The notes beneath the pieces were generated by a model that saw only the letters and a list, made by a program, of their open reading frames with translations, was not told the origin of the DNA and did no database searches. Both the position numbers and the translations under genes were made by a program. A stretch of 64,000 bases of DNA from the NCBI GenBank assembly GCA_050013255.1, contig JBEKFP010000001.1, forward strand, positions 96,001 to 160,000, written 5' to 3'. Source of the DNA: Candidatus Bathyarchaeia archaeon (GTDB lineage: Archaea > Thermoproteota > Bathyarchaeia > 40CM-2-53-6). Below, piece after piece: positions 38,949-48,387 of the stretch. The first letter of the stretch is position 1; each line of letters starts with the position of its first letter.

Positions 38949-39104
38949 TCACCATCTCTTGTAGTACTTGGTGCGATTCCGGCAACGCGTGCACGCTGCC
39001 TCTCGGTAAGGTTTACCCACCATCGGTTTTTTCCTTTCCCAACCCAAATCGTGTTTAGTCTCGGCCTTGCACTTTTCACAATAGAGGGTGACCCATTCCA
39101 CCAA
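38949..39104 (-). CDS. Small zinc-ribbon protein
   Basis: LYCEKCKAETKH...ACTRCRN; start codon uncertain. Confidence 0.6.
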   Translation of the reverse strand: MVEWVTLYCEKCKAETKHDLGWERKKPMVGKPYREAACTRCRNRTKYYKRW

Positions 39105-39275
39105 ATCAAGGCTTCCCCACATTGTGCCAGCTTGTTTAGTTATTTTAACTCGCGCACATGAACCCGCAGAACCCACAGCAATCCTGACTGCATCCGAACG
39201 GTCTCATTTGAGCTCTAAAAGAGTGTGAACTTTCGCGAAATGCTTGAAGCACAGCCACAATCACAAACACAGCAA

Positions 39276-39318
39276 AGTAACACGTTCTCCCCATAAAATT
39301 ACACCACCCACCCCCCCC
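39276..39318. repeat. Copy of the C-rich internal module of the dispersed repeat
   Basis: 39288-39312 matches 11252-11276 at 23/25; both are preceded by AGTAACA. Confidence 0.7.
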
Positions 39319-39350
39319 TCGCCGAACACCTGCGCCAGGCACGGTTGTGT

Positions 39351-40718
39351 TCATTCTCCAGCGACAGTCATGCTATTGACTTGCGTGGTCGGTGCGTACA
39401 CTGCTCCTGCGCTGTGAAGGTCATTTGCGCGGAGGTCCATCTTTCCTTTGAGAATATCAAAGAAGTTCGACGCAATTATCACGCCTTTGACGGCCCTCGT
39501 GAGTTCCCCGTTCTCTATTAGGAAACCACTGCTGAGCGTCGCGCTGAGTTCTCCGCTAATGGGGTTCGAGAGCCATTCTCCTATCGTTTCCACAACATAG
39601 AGGCCATTCTTAGTTTCCTTGATTAGTTCCTCGGCAGTGGCGTCTCCGGGTTCGACTACTAGGTTGTTCGGGTACGGGGTCGGAGTTTTCATGTAATTTG
39701 GTTGGGAGCCGAAGGTTCCAACGTCTCGGTGGGCATTTCCCGTGGAGAGGCGGCTCTCTTTGCTCGCTGTATAGTTATCGTATAGGAATCCCCGCAGTAT
39801 CCCCTTCTCGATAACTGGGGTGCGTGTCTGTGGGGTTCCGTCATCGTCGAACTGTCGTGTTCCGTTTCCAGCTTCCATTCTACCCTCGTCGACAATTGTG
39901 ACGCCATCGCTAGCCACATGTTGGCCAATTTTCCCAGCCCATGGCGACCTGTTCTTCTGAATAGCGTCTGCTGTGATTGTGCGGGTGAGCATAGCGTCAA
40001 TTATGCTTGAGAATGAGTCGTGTCGCCAGACAGTGTTCATTTTTCCATTCGGAATCTGAACCGCGTCCACCATTTTGACTGCCCTTTCGGCCACTGCGTG
40101 TGCGAGCTGTTTTGTTTTGAGTTCTTTCCACAGGCGTGTCACGCTGAATTCGTTGCTAACTCCCTTTTTGTCGGCTGTGCCCGCTTTTACAGCAAGTGAC
40201 AGTACGGCGAGGGTCTCCTTTCTTTCCAGTCTACATCCATGGGAGTTTGCGATAGCGTTCGACATGACGTTGGTTAGGAGGAAACCTCGCGTAATGTCCG
40301 CGGAACCTACCTCACGAACGGTATTGATTGCAAGACGCACTTCGTCAACAAGGTCCTTAGCCGTGGCATGCTCAATGTTCGTGTCTCTGATTTTCTGAAC
40401 GCTGGCTTTTCCGTATTTTCGCGGGAGCGATCTCCATGCAGGGTCCTCGGTGTTCGCTCTTGCGATCCTAAGAGATTCGTCAACCGCTGCTTCAATGTCT
40501 GAGTGTTCGAGTGAGGATATTGAGAAAAACCCTGTTCGCCGGCCAACGATGCCTCTAACGCTCAGCCCCGCAACTGTACTGCGCCTTGTCGCTTCGATAG
40601 TATTGCGGAAGATGATATCACGGCGTGTAATCTTGGTCGCGAAGGCTTCTGCTTCGTCGAACCCTTTCTTCATTGCAAGCCTTACTGCGCTCTCGGCGGC
40701 TGGTAGAATTTCTGTCAA
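39351..40718 (-). CDS. pmbA: PmbA/TldE protein
   Basis: RQFDDDGTP; STGNAHR; NPISGELS; lacks HExxH. Confidence 0.88.
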   Translation of the reverse strand: MTEILPAAESAVRLAMKKGFDEAEAFATKITRRDIIFRNTIEATRRSTVAGLSVRGIVGRRTGFFSISSLEHSDIEAAVDESLRIARANTEDPAWRSLPRKYGKASVQKIRDTNIEHATAKDLVDEVRLAINTVREVGSADITRGFLLTNVMSNAIANSHGCRLERKETLAVLSLAVKAGTADKKGVSNEFSVTRLWKELKTKQLAHAVAERAVKMVDAVQIPNGKMNTVWRHDSFSSIIDAMLTRTITADAIQKNRSPWAGKIGQHVASDGVTIVDEGRMEAGNGTRQFDDDGTPQTRTPVIEKGILRGFLYDNYTASKESRLSTGNAHRDVGTFGSQPNYMKTPTPYPNNLVVEPGDATAEELIKETKNGLYVVETIGEWLSNPISGELSATLSSGFLIENGELTRAVKGVIIASNFFDILKGKMDLRANDLHSAGAVYAPTTQVNSMTVAGE

Positions 40719-42115
40719 TCAGCCCTTCCGCCTATTGTGATCTTCCCGAGGCGTACGTGTGGGCCGCCGTCGCCGACCTTCGCCATTTGGCCGTCTTTCC
40801 CGCACCCGCCGAATACGCTGGTTGAAATGGAGAAGTCCTTTCCGACTGCATTGATGGTTTTCAGCGTTTCCAGAACTTTCCCCGCGAAGTTCACCGCTCG
40901 AACCATGTGCTTCACTTCTCCTTTCTCGATTAGATATGATGGGCCGGATCGGAATGTGAACGTCCCACCGCCGACATCAACCTGGCCGCCGAGGCTGCCT
41001 CTTCCACGAATGTAGAATCCGTGGTCAATACCTTTCACAAGTTCTTCGAAGGATAGGTCACCGGGCTCCATGTAGACGTTCGTCATGCGAACTATGGGTT
41101 TGTGCTCAAAGTTCTGTGCTCTAGCGTTTCCCGTTGGTTTAAGCCCTAATTCGGTTGCTGTGTCTCTCGATAGAAGGAAACCTTGCAGCTTACCTTTCTC
41201 CACCACAGTTGTTTTGCCCTTCGGTACTCCTTCATCATCAAATGGAACCATGTACCCGCCTGCGATTCCACCGTCATCATAAACCGTCACGGCTTCACTT
41301 GCAATTGAGGCGCCAAGCCTTCCTTCCAGGACTGACTCTTTCGTGGCGACGAGGTCTCCCTCCGACGCATGCCCCAGGGCTTCGTGGAGGAAGAGCCCTA
41401 TGAGTTCAGGGTCGAGTATCGCAGGGTAGGTTCCAGGTGGAGGCATAGGTGCCCCGACGACCTTGGCTGCAAGTTGAGAAACTTCGGCGGCGAATGTATT
41501 CCAATCCGTACTCTCAATGAATTCGTATCCGACACATTGGGACCGTTGCTCGGGTACGCGTTCCATAGAGCCGTTGGCACCGGCGACGCTAAGCTGGCTG
41601 AACCCAGATGTCGTAACATCGGTCTTTACATTTGTCCCCTCAGATGAAACGAAAACTCGGACATCGTGCAAAAATCCTAATCGCGAAGTTGAGTTCTTGA
41701 TGCCAGCTATTGTCAGTGCTGCTTTGTTTGCCTCCAAAAGGAGTTTAACTTTTGCATCAGGTGGTACGTTGTCTGGGTCACTTCTAACGGGAATCTTTAC
41801 TGTTGATTCCATGGGCTTAATTTTGGCGAGTTGTACGGGAGTGGATAACTTCCTAGTGGCTTTCGCCATCCTGACGGCTTCCGACGCCATCTGTCGCAGA
41901 TTCCCTTTCTTTAGAAGGGTTGATGATGCGAGGCCCCAGGCTCCTCCAGCGAGAACCCTGATCCCTATCCCAGTCGAACGGTCCGATTCGTAGCTTCGGA
42001 GAGAACCATTCTCCGCGATGATGAGTGTCTGCCTTAGGTCTTGGAAGCGGGCGTCGGCATATTGAGCGCCAAGGTCACGTGTTCGGTCGACTGAGTACTT
42101 CAACAAGTCATTCAT
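40715..42115 (-). CDS. tldD: TldD metalloprotease
   Basis: HEALGHASEGD; FDDEGV; TGNARA; PIVRMTN; GCGKDGQ. Confidence 0.92.
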   Translation of the reverse strand: MNDLLKYSVDRTRDLGAQYADARFQDLRQTLIIAENGSLRSYESDRSTGIGIRVLAGGAWGLASSTLLKKGNLRQMASEAVRMAKATRKLSTPVQLAKIKPMESTVKIPVRSDPDNVPPDAKVKLLLEANKAALTIAGIKNSTSRLGFLHDVRVFVSSEGTNVKTDVTTSGFSQLSVAGANGSMERVPEQRSQCVGYEFIESTDWNTFAAEVSQLAAKVVGAPMPPPGTYPAILDPELIGLFLHEALGHASEGDLVATKESVLEGRLGASIASEAVTVYDDGGIAGGYMVPFDDEGVPKGKTTVVEKGKLQGFLLSRDTATELGLKPTGNARAQNFEHKPIVRMTNVYMEPGDLSFEELVKGIDHGFYIRGRGSLGGQVDVGGGTFTFRSGPSYLIEKGEVKHMVRAVNFAGKVLETLKTINAVGKDFSISTSVFGGCGKDGQMAKVGDGGPHVRLGKITIGGRAD

Positions 42116-42191
42116 GTCGTGAGGCTTCCGGTTCGAAGCAGCTATCGCCTTTGGACGGCAATATATAGTATCGTCAAGAAAACTGGCGCGA

Positions 42192-43058
42192 TCATTTCCT
42201 TTCCCGCAGTTTCCAGATTCCGAATTCGCCGACCGTTTGAGTGGTTTCAACAGGGTTGTACCATATCTTCTTGGTACCGACGATTGAGCGCATCTTCCAA
42301 CCTGTGCTCTTGGGCTTGGTCTCTATGGCTCGCAGAAGGCGGTCTATCTTCGATGTGAGGTCCTGCTTATCCTCAACTGTGAGACTCTGAGCGTCTTCGA
42401 CGTACTGCCGCAGGCCGCTCAGGTTTGATGTTACGGTATACCAGAAACCCCAATCTGAGGCAAGTTTGGCGGCGACGAGTTTCGTGTTTATCTTATTCTT
42501 CTCCTCTTCTTGTGAAATGTCATGCGCCCGGAGAACTAAGAGTAGATCCTTGATGTCCTTCTCACCGGGGAATACGATCTGCAACTTTTCAAGTAACAAA
42601 TCAGCGGGCGTTATGGTCGGCGAATCTAGCTCCAATCGTCCCCTGAAATCCAACGGATGGTTAGCGGCAAGTAATTTGTCGTAAAAGACGTCGACGTAAA
42701 ACCAACCTTTCGGGTGGAAGTAAATTTGCCTCTGGGTAGCGGCGGTCGACATTGTTGTCGGCCTTTTCTCATAATCCATCTCTTCAAAGAATTCTCTCAT
42801 CTTACTTCTTCGGAATCTCATGTATGACATAAAGTCCAGGTCGGTATACTCCTGCTGGCCCTCTCCTAGTCGCATGAGTTTCTCAGCGAAATCTAGGAAT
42901 TCTAAACAGTGGATACGAATTGCTACGCCTCCGAGAAGTCTAATCGGTATTTCTCGTTTCGCAGCTTCGTCGACTAACCGCTTGCCTTCATCGATAAAGA
43001 CCTGGGTCGGGATAATGCCGCCCCATTCCTGTGGCATCTCGACTTTTCGCTCTTCCAA
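42192..43058 (-). CDS. Uncharacterised nucleotidyltransferase-fold protein
   Basis: RLLGGVAI...TDLDF...VDVF...LLEKLQ...EKDIKD. Confidence 0.6.
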   Translation of the reverse strand: MEERKVEMPQEWGGIIPTQVFIDEGKRLVDEAAKREIPIRLLGGVAIRIHCLEFLDFAEKLMRLGEGQQEYTDLDFMSYMRFRRSKMREFFEEMDYEKRPTTMSTAATQRQIYFHPKGWFYVDVFYDKLLAANHPLDFRGRLELDSPTITPADLLLEKLQIVFPGEKDIKDLLLVLRAHDISQEEEKNKINTKLVAAKLASDWGFWYTVTSNLSGLRQYVEDAQSLTVEDKQDLTSKIDRLLRAIETKPKSTGWKMRSIVGTKKIWYNPVETTQTVGEFGIWKLRERK

Positions 43059-43166
43059 GAAATCATTCCAGCACTGCTATCCTCGAGTTCCGTGGATTTT
43101 TCCTTTCCGTTTACGGGAAACCTCTTAACTCTATGACAATCACAACCCGTTTCGGGTGGTACGGAT

Positions 43167-44345
43167 TTGGTTCGCGACGAAGTCAAACTCAAACGTGTCT
43201 GGGAAATGATGCGCACGGAAGGCCTCGAGGCTTTAGTTTTGCGCCTACCCGAAAACGTCACGTACCTTTCGGATGCTTGGAGCGGCAGAGGCCTAACTTA
43301 CCTAGTTTTCCCGCTCGAAAGAGACCCAGTCCTAATACACCCCGCAGGAGAGACCCTGCCACCTACTTGGGTTTCGGATGTCAGGTTGTACAAGTGGGAG
43401 ACATTCGAACATCTAGGCAGCGCCCTTAACGTGGGCTCGGAACAAGTTCTCAAGGCACTATCGGACATCGGAATAAGTTCCGGCGCCATCGGAGTTGAGG
43501 AGGCCTGGGAATTCATCCTCTCGTCAACGTTAAGGTATGAACTGAACGTGATCGGCCAAAAGACGCTGACGACTCTTAGGGAGAAACTCACAAGGTATGA
43601 GTTGAAGGACGCTTCTAGGCTGCTGATTCAAGCACGCGCAATAAAGACTATGGAAGAAGTGAAAGCCCTCAAGAAGGCGAATCGAATCGCACGCATCGGA
43701 CTGGAAACATTCGAACGAAATCTGAAACCCGGCCTTTCCGAAATTGAGTTATCAACCAAGATTGAGCACGACATAGTCACGCAAGGTGTGATGGAGCACC
43801 GGGCTAATCGTGTCGTCGCGTGCGCTTTCGTAGTATCAGGGCCGTCAACCGCTGAAGCGTACAAGTACGTTGTCGGTAATACGCGGCGCAAGTTGAAGCG
43901 CGGTGACCTCGTGCTATTGGAACTTGACGTGATAGCGGACGGCTATAGTTCTGACACCACAAGAACTTTCATTGTCGGAAAACCTAACAAAGAACAGATG
44001 TCGCTTCTTGAAGCGGTTCTCGATTCGGAAAGCACCGCGATATCGTCAATAAAACCGGGGGTCAGCGCAGCGAAGATTGCACGAATATCGATAGATGTCA
44101 TACGGCGCCACGGACTTGGAGAGTATCTGGTGCATCGGCTTGGGCACGGGATTGGTGTGGGAGTTCACGAACCTATTCCTGCATTGCACGTCGAGTCAAG
44201 TGACCTCCTCAAGCCTGGCATGGTACATAGTGTTGAGCCTGGGATTTATGGCCCGAAGATTGGCGGAATCAGAATAGAGGACGACATACTAGATACGGAA
44301 AAGGGCACTGAATATCTATCGAACTTCCCTAGAATCCAAGAATAG
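43167..44345 (+). CDS. Xaa-Pro peptidase (M24 family)
   Basis: DTTRTF; HRLGHGIGVGVHE; SVEPGIY; GIRIEDD. Confidence 0.9.
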   Translation: MVRDEVKLKRVWEMMRTEGLEALVLRLPENVTYLSDAWSGRGLTYLVFPLERDPVLIHPAGETLPPTWVSDVRLYKWETFEHLGSALNVGSEQVLKALSDIGISSGAIGVEEAWEFILSSTLRYELNVIGQKTLTTLREKLTRYELKDASRLLIQARAIKTMEEVKALKKANRIARIGLETFERNLKPGLSEIELSTKIEHDIVTQGVMEHRANRVVACAFVVSGPSTAEAYKYVVGNTRRKLKRGDLVLLELDVIADGYSSDTTRTFIVGKPNKEQMSLLEAVLDSESTAISSIKPGVSAAKIARISIDVIRRHGLGEYLVHRLGHGIGVGVHEPIPALHVESSDLLKPGMVHSVEPGIYGPKIGGIRIEDDILDTEKGTEYLSNFPRIQE

Positions 44346-44391
44346 CCTACATGAATTGTGGCCTGAGAAATATTGGGCGATGGGGAACGCG

Positions 44392-45189
44392 ATGAGTGGG
44401 TTTGATAGGTTATTTCATGTTGCATTCGTTCGCCCGCCGTCAGACAGTTACATTAATTGCGTCTCCTCGAACCCAAGCAAAGGCGATATCGACGTAACGC
44501 TAGCGAGGGAACAACACCGAACGTATACCTCAATCCTGAAAGAAGCGGGCGTTGAAGTAATCGGGCTTCAGTCATTGGAAGCGTACCCAGATTCGGTTTT
44601 CATGCAAGACCCAGCTCTATTGGGTGCCTCTCGCTCCATAATAGGCCGGTTCGGAGAGGAGACTCGCAGGGGTGAGGCGAAAGTTCTCACCGACGAGCTA
44701 AGAAGTCAAAGAGCCCAAGTTGGCGTGTTGAATTTCGTGAACCCTCCCGGCACTTTGGAAGGGGGCGACGTGGTTGTTACTGACAGGGGCATCTTTGTGG
44801 GCGACTCCAAACGAACTAACGCGAGTGGCATTAAGCAGCTGAACGCTATCCTCGACAATCAGGACGTGAGGGCAGTAAGAACGGGGCTTATGCACCTCTT
44901 ATGCGGATGCTCGTACCTAAACAATGGAACGATGATAATAGCGCCTGACCTGGTTAACCCAGATTCATTCCCGCGGTTCAGGTTCATCAGAATACCTGAG
45001 CGCGAATCCTATGCTGCCGATGCATTATACATCGGGGAAGACAAGGTTCTCATACCATCCGGGTTTCCCAAAACTGTTGCCAAACTGAAGGATGTGGGTT
45101 ACCGACCGATCGAAATCGACGTCTCAGAATTTCGGAAGGGCGATGGTGGCGTAACTTGCCTCAGCTCACCAGTCTTTGAACTCTTCTAA
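44392..45189 (+). CDS. Amidinotransferase / dimethylarginine dimethylaminohydrolase family protein
   Basis: PDSVFMQD; RRGE; LEGGDV; HL; KGDGGVTCLS. Confidence 0.88.
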   Translation: MSGFDRLFHVAFVRPPSDSYINCVSSNPSKGDIDVTLAREQHRTYTSILKEAGVEVIGLQSLEAYPDSVFMQDPALLGASRSIIGRFGEETRRGEAKVLTDELRSQRAQVGVLNFVNPPGTLEGGDVVVTDRGIFVGDSKRTNASGIKQLNAILDNQDVRAVRTGLMHLLCGCSYLNNGTMIIAPDLVNPDSFPRFRFIRIPERESYAADALYIGEDKVLIPSGFPKTVAKLKDVGYRPIEIDVSEFRKGDGGVTCLSSPVFELF

Positions 45190-45207
45190 TCAGGCTGTAG
45201 GTGCGCG

Positions 45208-45801
45208 TCACCAATGTTCATAGTGAACGACCTCTTTGATGGGCCTTCGACCCCGCTTAAGGGACGGGGATTTCACATCCTTTGCGGCGTAGCCTAAGGA
45301 CAGAACCCCGACTGGGTGGAAGTGATTTGGGATCCCGAGAAGCTGTTTCATCTGGTCGACGCGAAAGACACCCGTAAATGCTGCCGCCAAACCTTTGTTG
45401 ACAGCTGCGAGGAAGATCAACATGCACACGCATCCTATGTCGAAAAACCAGTAAGGAGTTGGCCATTCAATCTCGGTTCCATCTTCATTCAGCTTGTCGG
45501 GTTCTCGGTAACGGTCGTGATAGATCTTCTCGCTGGTGCAGGCCACGACCAGCACTGGAGCCTCTGAAACGAACTTATGAAAACGACTGGAAGCGTAATA
45601 GTCAACCTCTCCCTGAAGCTCCCCAATCTTCTTCTTCAGTTCCTGTTCGGTTACTACTACAAAGGCCCAGCCTTGGCTAAAACCGGCACTTGGCGCATGA
45701 AGGGCCAACTCAAGTAGGCTGTTGATCAGACCAGCGCGGATTGGGTCAGGTCGAAAATTGCGCACCATTCTGCGTTTTCGAACTAACTTGTCAAATTCCA
45801 T
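45208..45801 (-). CDS. Nitroreductase-family protein
   Basis: RRMVRNF; APSAGFSQGWAFVVV. Confidence 0.88.
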   Translation of the reverse strand: MEFDKLVRKRRMVRNFRPDPIRAGLINSLLELALHAPSAGFSQGWAFVVVTEQELKKKIGELQGEVDYYASSRFHKFVSEAPVLVVACTSEKIYHDRYREPDKLNEDGTEIEWPTPYWFFDIGCVCMLIFLAAVNKGLAAAFTGVFRVDQMKQLLGIPNHFHPVGVLSLGYAAKDVKSPSLKRGRRPIKEVVHYEHW

Positions 45802-45904
45802 TTCGATTCGGTAACTTACTGTTCACGTTCTGATTTGAACTATTGCAAAAATGCAATGAAAATTTAGAAAGGAAAGGGGGAGACGATAACTGCAGGTTTA
45901 GAAC

Positions 45905-46048
45905 CTAGTATCGTCTGTGTTTCTGGTAGCATGCCCTACAATATACTGGTCGGCCTTGTGTTGGCTTGAACGGCACTTCAGTTTCAGCGCCGCAGTCAGA
46001 ACATGTAACTTTGAACATGCTTCGGCCGCCGTATCCTTCTTGACTCAT
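45905..46048 (-). CDS. CxxC-x17-CxxC zinc-ribbon protein
   Basis: Below the ORF-track cutoff; MSQEGYGGRSMFKVTCSDCGAETEVPFKPTQGRPVYCRACYQKHRRY. Confidence 0.88.
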   Translation of the reverse strand: MSQEGYGGRSMFKVTCSDCGAETEVPFKPTQGRPVYCRACYQKHRRY

Positions 46049-46525
46049 AATCCACTTACACCACTTTACAGGTTAGTTACGCCCAAGATAATACTCAAAA
46101 GTAGAATCCGCAGCGTACCGAACCCTAGGAAGCACCCAACCGTAATTAAAGCTATACCACAAACCCATGTTGACCGATACATGAAGATAGAAAGTAACAT
46201 AGTTTGCTCCTAAACATGCGGCACCCCCCTTGCCTCAGCGAAATCGACCTTTTCCCCCGGAAAACGACTGTTTTCTGCTGTAAGGGACCTCTAAACAGGG
46301 CAATTCCTAAGGAAAAACCGTGAAGATTACATCTCCCATCAGCCTGTATGGCGTTCAACTGAATCAGGCTCGCGGTGGTGAATATTTTGAAAAGCAGTTA
46401 CTGGTATTGGCGGCGGGAAGGCAACCCAACCAAGGAGGACCGGAAAGAACGGAAGGATTAGAGCTTAATGTTGCTAGCCCGCTTATGGCGATCTCAAGTC
46501 GTCATTACCCTGGGGGCTCGGTTAC

Positions 46526-46780
46526 GTGAGAATTGAAGACATTCGCAACGGTATGAGGAACATCCACATCGAGGGCAAGATCGTTGACATGAACCAATTT
46601 ATGCTCGTTCTTGACGACGAGTCAGGCCGCACCTTCGTCAGATACAGCTACAGAAACCTGGTAAAGCCTGTTCAGAAGGGCGATTACGTCAAGGTTGACA
46701 ATGGTCAGGCCGTTAATTACTCTGGGATCCTGCAACTTAAACTCCCGAGGAACGGTCAGATAACACCCTCTCAGGGATAA
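46526..46780 (+). CDS. Single OB-fold protein (SSB/RPA-like)
   Basis: IEDIRNGMRNIHIEGKIV...LDDESG...GDYVKVDNG...YSGILQL. Confidence 0.75.
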   Translation: MRIEDIRNGMRNIHIEGKIVDMNQFMLVLDDESGRTFVRYSYRNLVKPVQKGDYVKVDNGQAVNYSGILQLKLPRNGQITPSQG

Positions 46781-46830
46781 CTTAACTCTCGACAGCACAC
46801 TAGCTTTTTGACTTTGAACTGGGATCGATC

Positions 46831-47742
46831 GTGGCCACAGCATCAATAATACTCAGGTTAAGCCGCGCCCAATTCCTGCCGGTGATTCTCTCACCAGTTC
46901 TTGTTGGCACTGCCCTTGCATGGTGGACCGACCGCATCTTCAACCCGTACCTGTTTGGGCTAGTTGTCTTAGGAAGCATTTCGATCCATCTGGCGGCAAA
47001 CACGGTTGATGATGTTTACGATTTTGAGAGCCAAGTGGATGTTGTGTCAAACAGCATGTTTCCACCTGATTTTGGCGGGTGGAAGGTCTTGCCGCGAGGG
47101 TTGATGAGCTTCGGCCAAGCGAAGTTTACCGCCTACCTATTTTTCATTCTGACCACAATTGTAGGCCTCTATTTGACTCTCCTAACAGGTCCGCTTGTCC
47201 TATTGCTTGGTGCAATTGGTATCTTCTTTGCATACTTCCATGTCGCCCCGCCTCTTAGGCTAGGGTACCGCGGGTTAGGTTTGAGTGAACTTGGAATCCT
47301 TCTATCGTTCGGCGTCCTGCCCGTAATTGGATGCTTCTATGTGCAGGCTGGATACGTATCTCCACTGCCCGCGCTCGCAGGGTTACCGCTAGGGTGCCTG
47401 ACCACCACGGTCCTCATCAACCATGACCAAATCTTCTTCGACGCTTACAAGAAGAGCGTCAAGAAAAGTTACACGGTTACCGTGGGGCGCAAGAAGGCCG
47501 TTGTCACCGCCTTCGCGCTAACTCTAATCTCATATGCAACAGTACTAGGAGCTATTCTGTGGCGGTTCCTCCCCGCTTTTACGGGCTTGGTTCTCTTAAC
47601 CCTCCCCCTCTACTTTATTCAAATCCGATTGTACCAAACTCCCGCCAAGTCCCCTTTGCACTACGTGAAACTCACCCAGACAACCTTCGCGCTCTCGGTA
47701 GTCTTCGGCCTGCTACTCACCCTAGGCCTTCTGATCGGCTAG
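46831..47742 (+). CDS. UbiA-family prenyltransferase (MenA-like)
   Basis: HLAANTVDDVYDF; APPLRLGYRGLG; multiple TM helices. Confidence 0.82.
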   Translation: MATASIILRLSRAQFLPVILSPVLVGTALAWWTDRIFNPYLFGLVVLGSISIHLAANTVDDVYDFESQVDVVSNSMFPPDFGGWKVLPRGLMSFGQAKFTAYLFFILTTIVGLYLTLLTGPLVLLLGAIGIFFAYFHVAPPLRLGYRGLGLSELGILLSFGVLPVIGCFYVQAGYVSPLPALAGLPLGCLTTTVLINHDQIFFDAYKKSVKKSYTVTVGRKKAVVTAFALTLISYATVLGAILWRFLPAFTGLVLLTLPLYFIQIRLYQTPAKSPLHYVKLTQTTFALSVVFGLLLTLGLLIG

Positions 47743-48362
47743 GCTAATGGGGCAATCACGAAGATTAGCAAATCGAACAAGACATGTGAAACTATAACCG
47801 GAAGCAAACTTCCTGTCCTTTTGTAAATATACCCCCACACAAGGCCTCCGATAAATGCGGTCATGATCAGGGGTAAGTCCAGCGTAGGAAGATGAACCAA
47901 AGCATAAGCGCAACTTGCGGCTAAGAGTCCGGTGCTGGGTCCTAATCGCTCCGAGAATCTGCGCTGAATCAAACCCCGCCAATAGATTTCCTCACCAGGT
48001 CCGATTGGGAAGACTAAAGCTAACGCGATGAGGTAGGTTGGTACAGTTCGGAGTTCGTAGACTCGGCCCACGCCTTCACTGAAGATCGGGTTTGACTTAG
48101 TCGCTTGAAAACCAAAGTAGAACAGAAAATACAGTAGTACTCCACTTACAACGCCCAGAAGCACCAGCCTGCTGTTAATGCGAACTGACTTCTTGCGGCG
48201 ATTGATAGCGAGCGCGACAAGTAGGAGAACTATCGTAGAGAGGCTTAACATCAGCCAGAATTCGAGGGGCCGAACAATGAATACCAGAACCCACAAGCTG
48301 GCGGCTAAAGCAAGCGAGAGAACGGCCCATTCGAAGGGGGTAGCACGCAAGGCTTGGCCCAC
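47739..48362 (-). CDS. CPBP (CAAX/Abi) intramembrane metalloprotease
   Basis: EEIYWRG; YALVH; SHVLFD. Confidence 0.88.
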   Translation of the reverse strand: MGQALRATPFEWAVLSLALAASLWVLVFIVRPLEFWLMLSLSTIVLLLVALAINRRKKSVRINSRLVLLGVVSGVLLYFLFYFGFQATKSNPIFSEGVGRVYELRTVPTYLIALALVFPIGPGEEIYWRGLIQRRFSERLGPSTGLLAASCAYALVHLPTLDLPLIMTAFIGGLVWGYIYKRTGSLLPVIVSHVLFDLLIFVIAPLA

Positions 48363-48387
48363 AATTAACCAGTTGCCAAGTTCTGAC

